The position numbers and the translations under genes are program-made. A stretch of 20,000 bases of DNA. Source: Paramecium tetraurelia (Eukaryota). Below, piece by piece: positions 11,172 through 20,000 of this stretch. Numbering within the stretch: the stretch's first letter is position 1; every line of letters starts with the position of its first letter. Under the pieces are notes generated by a model. It saw nothing but the letters and a program-made list of their open reading frames with translations. It searched no databases and was not told where the DNA came from. Where the stretch lies: contig CT868068.1 in NCBI GenBank assembly GCA_000165425.1, positions 123,094 through 143,093 on the forward strand. The letters run 5' to 3'.

Positions 11172-11407
11172 TTTAAATTCTGCGATATTTATATAAATTA
11201 TTTCTCTAGAAATAATAAAATATAGAAGTTATTATAAAAATTCATTTTTCATGCTGTTTTTAATACGAAATATGACATTAAATATACTAGTTAGAGGTTT
11301 ATTCATAATTTGAAAAATAAAAATCCTTTTCATATATTAAATTTTCAGAGATTAAATAAAATCACAAATGATTAAGATTATAATTAGTTATTTGATTATA
11401 TAATTTA

Positions 11408-14177
11408 ATGAATTAAGGGAATAATTTCATGTAATTTTTCTTTATTAGATAGTGAAGAACTGTTGGATGGTTTTCGCATTTTTGAATGCCAAAGCCAGGG
11501 AAATGAAAGTGCTTTTAAAAACCTATTAAGCCAAGTTAAAGAAAATAGAAAACAACTCAGCAAGCAGTTATACTAAAAACAACCATTTTCAAATGAATCT
11601 TCTTAATTAGCTTCTACTAATACATAGTTTTCTTTGAGTAGATAAAGTTTTAATGCAAACGAAGAGAATGTGTCATGTGAAATAGAGAGAGAAACTATTA
11701 AACAAAACCAGCTCTAAAATGTTATTAAAACAATTTAGAGAAAAATAACTGACTATAAGAAGCATACAGATGTTGTTCTAGAATTAATAAAAGGGTTTAA
11801 TAAAGACAATGAAGCTGCTTAACATGAAGGAATTTAATCAAATTAGTTACTCTATTAAAGTAAAAAAAATGCTGTGGAAGCATAGGAATATCATTAATTA
11901 CTAAAAAATGCTTAGGAGATACAAAAATAAATGTTAATTGATAAACATTCATTAATTTAATAAGATATAAAGGAATTATAAAATGACTATATTGAATATA
12001 GATTGAAATATTAACAGAAAAGTTAAATAATATAATAATAAAGAGAAGCGATAGCAGAATTGGATGAGAAGAAAGCAAAAATATTGTTAAAATAGCAGGA
12101 ACAATCCACTGTGATTTTCTATGCGAACACAATAAAGTTATTAGATGAGATGATCAATAAAGAGGATCCAAGAAGTTTATTTCAATACTAATTTGAGCAA
12201 AGATAACAACTGATTAGATAAAATAAGAAACTAACATAATCATAAGTTCAATCATCAAATCCAGCATCAGTTATGAATATTTTCGCAACTTAAATAGAGC
12301 AGGTTGAATAAGAAATGCTTGAATCTCCGAAAGCAGAAGAAAAAGAAAAAGATCTGAAATTATTAGAATTAATTAAAAGCTCTAATAATCAATTAAATGA
12401 ATTAGATATACAATAAGATCTATTAGCATTTGCAGATATAGTTGTTCAAAATTATTAAGAGTATAAAGAATAGTTCGATAGGTTAGGATTTCAGTTTATA
12501 TAATTAAATGAAAAAAAATTTGAACTTTAATAAATTACGAGAGAAACAAAGTATTGTAAATATCCTGAAACTTCAAATGGTCTCTTACCTTTGAAATTAT
12601 CAGATAATTATAATAATAATTAAATTACTTTAAATATTTTATCAACAAGTGTTGAATTGGATTTGAATGAATAGCGTAATGAAAATGAAGTCAAACGAAT
12701 TCAAAATGCAGTGATAAGATTATTTAATTTTTTGAGAAATCACGTGGGAAGAGTTAACCATTTAATTAAACACATATAAGAACTAAGTGAATTGGTTCCA
12801 TCAACGATATTTTTGGTTTTAGAACAATTAAAAAACTCTTTGTATATTATTGAGATAATCAGAACTCCAACATAAAAGAAGCCATCAATGTTGGCTACAA
12901 CAGTTTTAGAGCAAAAGTAAGAGTTTATCCATGTTAAACATACCAAGTTATTGTCTCAAAAATAAATGCTAAATACTGTTCATATTCCTAAGAAACATGT
13001 CCATGCATCAATTACAAAGTTTAAATACTTAGAAATAGTACAAAAATTTATTAAGTCTTTGCTCTCGGATGAAATAGAAAGATTATTTATTCAATAAGAT
13101 ATGGTGGATGAGTAATTAAAATAAATTATCGATTTAGATTAACCAAGGAAGTTTAGAAATATTGTGAAGAAACCGATCCTGACGAAGAAGCATTGGTGAG
13201 ATATTTAGGAACCAAAAAGATGTTCTTTCAACATCATTTATAACAAAGGACTAGAGGAATGTTGAAGAACGCTCTCTCGAAATTGGGCGAAATACATTAG
13301 AAACTCAAATTTTAAAGTTAATAACGTAATTAGTATTTTTATATATCAGTTCGATTAAAAGGTTTAGATTTTACTGAAGGAAAGTTTAAAAGTGGATGTG
13401 CTTTTAATAGTAATGAACTTCAAATGAAATCATGCTAGCGTACAACATCCAATCATTTTGTATCTAGCTAATAATCATTTGATAATGTCTCGATAAATCA
13501 TTCAGAACATAGCAAACCTCATGGAGGTAAGGATGTATTTCATTTGTTAAAGAAATTGACAAATGTTAATGATATGCAAGAGATAGCATAGTAAGATTCT
13601 GAAGATGTAAATATATTGATATTCATATTAGAGTATTGATAAAGAGAGAGATAAATTGAAAAAATAGTAATACTTTATTAAGAGTTAAGTCAATACAAAA
13701 GATAAAACACAAAAGAATCTGGATGATGATGTATTTTACAGGTTAAATCCGTAAAGGCAGAATCCAAATAAAGAATTAAGAAATTAATTAGGCATTTTGA
13801 GACACATGAGAATTAGTAAATTTATTGATAATTTTTTAGGTGCTGCAAGAAGTAGCTGTTCCATTGATTAGGATATGAAATCTGAAATTTGGAAGATGAC
13901 TTGTCCTGTTAAACCTAGTAAGATTATGAATCGCAAAGATACATTTAGAAAACTATTCAATTCTTCCGATAAGAAATAAGTGGACCTATTGTCCCAAAAG
14001 AAAATGTAAACTAGATCATTTTAGACCAATCTGAATTAGTTGCCAAGAAATACATACACTTCAGGAGATGATGCAGAAGCAATTTGGAAGAAAAAATATC
14101 GAGCAAAGAAAATTTTGAATGCTATTTCGGTAAAGGAAAACTAGAAAGAGAAATTTGGGTTTTTAGAAGTTATTTGA
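11408..14177 (+). CDS. Large coiled-coil protein of unknown function, ~880 aa
   Basis: Continuous in code 6 with 3 frame-required introns (22, 26, 25 nt) and 2 optional 24-nt introns. Rich in Q/E/K/L heptads; ends KENQKEKFGFLEVI*. No catalytic motif seen. Confidence 0.75.
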
Positions 14178-14195
14178 TATTATAAATAATTAATT

Positions 14196-15155
14196 ATGGA
14201 GAGATTGAAAGATATTGAAAGTATGGCACATGGACATGCAGGTGCATTGGCTGGTCTTTTTTCTACATGCTTACTCTATCCGCTGGAAAATATAAAAACA
14301 AGAATGGCAGCATCTTAATAAAAAGAGGCCATTCAGGAAGTCATCATTAAAGTTTGGGATTAAGAAGGTCTAAGGGGATTTTTTAAAGGAGTAACCCCAT
14401 TAGCATTAGGCAACTATATTTCGTATGGAGTTTACTTTTTTTGGTATGAATATCATATTTTATAAGAAGGTATGAGTATTTTAAACATTTGTTTAGAACT
14501 GATATTTCTAATTCATTTGCTTTAATTTAACCTTCATTAGCATCAGCCATTCTCACAACATTCGTAACAAATCCATTTTGGGTAGTTTAGTCAAGGATGA
14601 CTATTTGTAAAGATAATCTTAATTTTTTTCAAAAAACTAAAAAGATAGTCGAAACTGAAGGATGGGAAGTCTTATTTAAGGGTCTATAAGCCTCTCTGAT
14701 ATTAACTATTAATCCAATTATCCAATTTATTATTTATGAAGCGTATAAAAGGAGGTTCTAATATGCAGAAAATTAAGCCTTTGTAAATTTCATTGGAGGA
14801 GCCATCTCCAAAGCTGTTTCGACTATTTTAACTTATGTTTATTTTTTAACTTATTTTAGCCTTACTAACTTCTAAGGACCAAAATCCATTTCAAAAAAAA
14901 TAGTTCAAAATCATATTTTTCTGCTGCTGAAAAGATATTAAAGAGTGAAGGAATATAAGGATTATTTAAGGGTGAAACATTAATATTAATAATTTAGGTT
15001 TGACACCCAAATTATGTTAATCAGTATTGAATTCTGCATTCTTACTCATGTTTTACGAAAAGATTTATGAAATCATCAAATAAGGAATAATCCTTATAAT
15101 TATTGAAATTTTGAAATATCGCAAAAAAATAAGAAAACTTTAAAAATTAAAATGA
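14196..15155 (+). CDS. Mitochondrial carrier family (SLC25) protein, most like the peroxisomal CoA/NAD/adenine-nucleotide carrier PMP34/SLC25A17, 294 aa
   Basis: Three carrier repeats: AHGHAGALAG..YPLENIKTRM, TNPFWVVQSRM (PMP34-type W) and TYPYQLLRTK, with EGLRGFFKG / EGWEVLFKG / EGIQGLFKG and INPIIQF. Introns 14444-14469, 14837-14859 and 14972-14997 leave 295 codons. Confidence 0.9.
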
Positions 15156-15196
15156 AAATGAAAGTTTATTTTTTATATATTTTATTGTTATTTAAA

Positions 15197-16114
15197 TCAA
15201 GCTATTTATTACAGTTTTTCTTTGTATAATGAGTTCAATAAAATTCTAGATGGGCACTTTTTCGGATTCTTGTCATCAAAGTCTTTTTAGGTTATAGAAT
15301 TAAATTAACCTTCAAAAGCAGGAATCATTTTAATTTTCTAAAAATTAAATTCAGCAATTTACTAATTCAGGATCAACTTTATTAAGTTTTCCAGTTTAAT
15401 ACGGTTTGTAAAAAGCATTATTTGTAGATTGATGAATAAAAGGTAGCTCTGGAGATATTGGGCTTTTGAAACTACTTTTATTTGCAGTTGTTAGAAATTC
15501 TTCCCTTGGAATTGGTTTTTTATAGAAGTTATCTTGATAAGTAGAATGAGTAGTCATAGGCATATCTACGACAGTTGGATGATGAGGTGGATTAATTTTG
15601 AGAGATGACATTCCTCCTCCAGCATAATCAAGCTAAATATTTATCAAAGATAAGTACTCGATATGCTGATGAACTACTAAATGGGATTAAAAACACTTTT
15701 TATTCTGGTTTTAAAGACTCTGCTGGCTTAGCATCAGGATGACCTTAATATGTACTCTAAATTTATGGAGTTATATAATACTCTTTATATAGTATCTATA
15801 TCCATTGGCAATTAACTCTTGTAAGTTACATTGTGATCAATTAGAGGTATTTACCTTTATTTACCATGTGTAATAAATTCCCTTTAATATAATGATTCTT
15901 ATCCTTTCTTAAAATCATTGGACAGAAGCATTTTAGGACATTTACATTATCCGCAAATGCATCGGCCGCAAATACAATCTCCTTTTAGATGGTTGAAGAA
16001 TGCTTCATTCTTAACTAATAATTTTCCAAAATGAGTCGACAACAGCTGACTCTAGTAAGTATTGGATTCTAGTGTTGAATATCGCGAATTGGCTTTGTAA
16101 TCTTATTCACTCAT
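15197..16114 (-). CDS. SAXO/STOP-domain (FAM154-like) ciliary microtubule-stabilising protein, 280 aa
   Basis: N-terminal CICGRCICGQCKCP followed by repeated Mn-like motifs SLYQREF, TIQRSTY, SAYRLDY, STYQDNF, STNNAFY and SITQKDF. Three 25-nt introns leave 281 codons. Confidence 0.8.
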
Positions 16115-16171
16115 AATATATATTAATATTTATAAAATGATCTTCATTTTGAATATAACATTTATTCCTAC

Positions 16172-17234
16172 TCAATAATTAAGGATCCGTTTCATCCTTT
16201 CAACATCCTCGTTTATATATTAGGCTTATTATATTTAGTCATCATATTGAGATAATAACTAAAGTATTTAAGATCTCTAATGATTTTAACAGGAATCATT
16301 TTGGTTTAGGAATATTTCTGATATGGAATTTGAACTTCCATCGAAGGTGTTATCTAGCTAACTTTTCATGCTATCATCCAAAAATCGTTAAAATTATTCA
16401 CTGTTAACTAATTCCAAAGCACATTTAAAGAGTTCTTTTTCAACAACTTTTTTTTATATTCCTCTTCTTTTGATTGGCACAATATTATTAATCCTTAATT
16501 CATATTCATAAATTAATTAATTTGAATCCAAACTACTTTTGATTTCCGAGAAACTTAGTTAATATGAATATTCTGGATGTTTATCCATAAATTCTTTGAA
16601 ATCTCCTTTACTGTTTACTTGCTAAGGATAATTCATTGCTTCATCCTATTTAAAGACTATTTTTTACAAGAGATATTTTGATTAAATCAAGAAAGAGCAC
16701 CTGTAATAAATCTCTTAATACGTTTAAATCTTTTTTCTTATCAAAATATTGCGCTCCGATTACAGCTTTAAGGGTCTAGGCTAATATCTTTGAATTGTTT
16801 CTAGAATTATTTAGATTCCCCATATTACTTTAAATCTGAATTAGGGTTGATTGAAACGAACATTTAAGACTTCAATCCTAATTAAACTGCAATATCTGCT
16901 AAATTTTTCTCTGATAAAACCAATTGCTTCAACCTCCTAATTTCAGAGTAGGTTTTGAATGTTTTATGAGTTTTATTGGGTAGACTAGTAAAATAATTTA
17001 ATTCTTTAAGTCATACTCTTAAAAAAAAAAGAAATCATTGTAATAAAAGTCGATCAGATCTTAACCTAATTCAATCAAATTTTCGTTGATGCCTTATTTT
17101 AAAGGATTATCTTTATTTCTTGACATATACTCTTAATGGTATTATTTGAAAGTCATGGCTTTTTTTAGCAACTCAGGGTGTCGAAATTCCAATAATTTAT
17201 TCGTGGTTGAGTATTGTTTGTGGTTAGATTGCAT
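16172..17234 (-). CDS. RNase III domain + dsRBD-like protein, predicted catalytically inactive, 326 aa
   Basis: FRHPELLKKAMT..NENLIELGQDLIDF..LKQLVLSEKNLADIAVQLGL..KILAQTLKAVIGAQYFD matches the RNase III fold. NSKGDFKEF..YEYELRINN..RGIQKKVVEKELFKCALE is dsRBD-like. Introns 16985-17016 (32 nt), 16801-16828 (28) and 16646-16667 (22) leave 327 codons. Confidence 0.85.
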
Positions 17235-17281
17235 ATAAATATATTAAATATAAATAAATTTAGAGTTAAAATTTTAATCAA

Positions 17282-19400
17282 TCATATTTTTCTATGATAG
17301 AACACAAGGTAAGCATCTATGCGAGATATTTGATCATATGAAAGTCTTGCGATTTCGTCATCATTGTATAGAAAAAACTAAAGAGATTGATAACAGGATA
17401 AAAATACTTATGAATTACGCAAACATAGTGACCTTAGTCAATGGTTCCAGAGTGTACAATCACTGCTTATAAATGATACTTTGTATCAACGATATCTGTG
17501 GAACAACAGCTAGAAATGATGATTGGAACTTATACTTTTTGATGTTTATGATTAAGGAAAATCATCTTGCAATAAACCTCTAATTTAATTTTTAGATGCA
17601 ATTAAATATATGAATGTATGCATATCTAGCTTAAACACTACACTATAATTGCAAAATTGGAGTTTATCAATAAATCATATAACAGCATTAAATTGGAACA
17701 ATCTTAATTAATAAAGTGTGATTTATCTGAAAAACATAATAAGTTTAATCAATGGCTTTAGGAATCAAACAGAAAAAGAATTCAATAAAGGAGGCATTCT
17801 TAAATTTGCAAACCAAGAAACTGTATAGATTATAAGAAATTTAACTTAATAGTAATTTTCTAAAGAATATATTTCAATAGTCATTATCTTGAGGCTTTAT
17901 CTTATTTCGATCGAATTCTAATTGACTCAATTCCTCTAATCTTAGTTAATTATAGAATTCATAACCAATATTAATGAATACAGGAGGGAAGATGATTTCT
18001 ATTTGAAAAATTGATCTTCATCAAAATTAATTTTATTTTGATTTCGACTTTAATTAATGCTCAAATTTAATATTCAAATGTTTAATCTCTAATTTGACGA
18101 TTTTCTACTAAATCGTTACATTATTCTACTATATTCACCTGTCTCATGTTATCTCTAGATATTACATTGCATTAAAGTCGCCATTATTGATCGTTTACGC
18201 GAAAACCTTTTAAAGAATAATCATATGTTTATACTTATATACCCTCATCTATTAAAAATGATTCTCATTTTTATCTAAAGGTGATTCATTAAAATTTTTC
18301 ATCTTCAAAATTTCGAAAGTTAAGTTTAATCAGATGGTATTTTAAGTTTTTCTTAACAAACAATTTCCCCAATTGCTGAATCATTAATTTGTGATTAAAA
18401 TCTCCCTTAATGGTTTAATCCCACAAAAATTAACCAGTTTAAACAGAATCCAACGAATAATAGCAATCCATTCGTGAGTTAAAGATGTTGGAATTATTAA
18501 TTGTAAAACACATTCCTAAGAAACAAATTGAATAAAACTTGTATAATAAATTAAATTAATGAATTTAAAAGAGTTGAAATTACAAATATCGTTCTTTCGA
18601 TCTATAACAAATACTTCATTAAGATGTTTAATTTGTGCTTAGGATGTACAATTCAATCGAAAAGAACTATTATTTAAAACAGAATAAAACGCTCACTTTT
18701 TTCTTATAATCATCTAATGATTGTAATACAATATTATTTGATTTACATTATATTATTAATCTAATTCAAATTGGCTTTGATTTAGGATATAATTACTTAT
18801 AAGGTACTTTGTATTTGAATGTTATTGTTTAAAATTCAATTTGCAAAAATATTAAAATCAATAGTTGAAGGTAGGAAAAGTTAAGTTTTTAACCTTTGCC
18901 TTTAATAGAATACCAAAATTTTGTTAAAAATATTTTAGACAATGTTAGAACAATTTGTTGATAAATAACAAATGATAGAGTCTTAATATGTGTTTCTCCT
19001 TAACAGGATTAATAAATAAATAAATAAAAATAAACTATTAGAAGTTAATTCCTCACTGCTTTGAGAACATCACTAGAATTTATAAGAGAGGATAAGGAAA
19101 AGATGTTCGATTTTAACAGCATGGATTACAATAATATTAATTTTCTTTTTATCAAGCCAAACATAAGTTAAATAGCATTACAACTCTGAGCAATAAGCTT
19201 AAGTGAAAATGTATGAAATTTGGCTATATATTTATTTTAGTTAAAGGGACTTTTGAGCAGAACAATTTTCCATCACTAAAATAAATGCATCTGATGTATA
19301 ATAGACTCTTGGTTAAATTATAATTGAGGTAACAATTGCTTTTCCAATTCCTTCAAAGTTAAAAATACTAAAAACTGTTTAATCAGAAGTAGATTTAAAG
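17282..19400 (-). pseudogene. Degenerate ubiquitin-specific protease (USP, peptidase C19)
   Basis: Clear His box KYHLQAVIVHSGTIDQGHY (17481-17425) and C-terminus FLYNDDEI..IDAYLVFYHRKI* (TGA 17284-17282). A Cys-box remnant SNCYLN lies at 19340-19323. The intervening ~1.8 kb has repeated TGA and frame breaks that I could not fix with short introns. The 5' boundary is approximate. Confidence 0.65.
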
Positions 19401-20000
19401 GATTTAAAAAACCTAATGTATTTGACTGAAATATATAATTTCAACTCTAATTTCTTAATTATTTTTCGAAGAATTACAAAGTGTTAAAGATAGTATTCGA
19501 TATTTCGAAATTATTATTCGATGTTTATACATCCTTAGAAAAGGTTTCTTAAACATAAAGCATTTTTAGAGAAGTTTTTTTTAATTTTTTTTACTTATTT
19601 ATTTATTATCTACCCATTCTCTTCAAATACATAAACTTAATTTCTTTATGAATATCAAATCTTAATATATATATATAAGATTCATCAAATTATTGGTGAA
19701 ATCAATTTTATATTATATTTTGTAGAATGGATTGGCAGCGCACAAAAAACAGTTTGATAATCTTATAGTTAATATTACTTTTTAAACATAATAATTTTTG
19801 TTAAACCAATTTGATGTAATTTGACAAAATTTTCAATAAGTCTTAATTTTCTTGTCAATTTCTAACATTCTTTGATAACTTTTACAATTTATGGATAGCT
19901 GATATCAGAAATTATTATTAAAATATATATAATATATATTAAAAGGATATTTGGAAATGATGTGGGGTGGCATAATTGAGATAGGTTAAAAAGAAAATTG

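Noticed and set aside
11797..12946. Hydrophobic minus-strand track ORFs 11797-12132 and 12740-12946
   Set aside because: Antisense of the A-rich coiled-coil gene; the hydrophobicity is a T-rich artefact.
1577..17234. Functional cluster of 'dead' proteins (pseudo-homeodomain, filter-less channel, pseudo-RNase III)
   Set aside because: Ciliate gene neighbours are generally not functionally linked, and the genes are interspersed with unrelated housekeeping genes.
17294..18014. Long plus-strand open frames (~17327-17610 and 17523-18014)
   Set aside because: They overlap the unambiguous minus-strand USP His box region, cannot be joined by a canonical intron and show no motif.
1..20000. CRISPR arrays, tRNA/rRNA, transposase, telomeric repeats
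   Set aside because: No spaced repeats, RNA-gene signatures, DDE/RT motifs or G4T2/G3T3 tracts seen by eye.

Overview
AT-rich, gene-dense eukaryotic DNA that reads as a ciliate macronuclear chromosome, most likely Paramecium. TAA/TAG must encode Gln (genetic code 6, TGA the only stop), and genes carry tiny 21-32 nt GT-AG introns. The supplied standard-code ORF track is therefore mostly fragments or antisense noise, and I re-translated the window by hand. Gene order: partial EAG/CNG-like channel (-), small homeodomain-like/coiled-coil protein (+), B-box/coiled-coil/SPRY protein (-), intronless 928-aa CNBD-channel-like protein with no K+ selectivity filter (+), three poorly resolved ORFs (+), Rab11-like GTPase (-), EF-hand protein (-), large coiled-coil protein (+), PMP34/SLC25A17-like carrier (+), SAXO/STOP-like microtubule protein (-), RNase III+dsRBD protein lacking all four catalytic acidic residues (-), and a decayed ubiquitin-specific protease (-). 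The most interesting items are the pseudo-RNase III, the filter-less channel and the pseudo-homeodomain microprotein. All family calls are motif recognition by eye; no searches were run.
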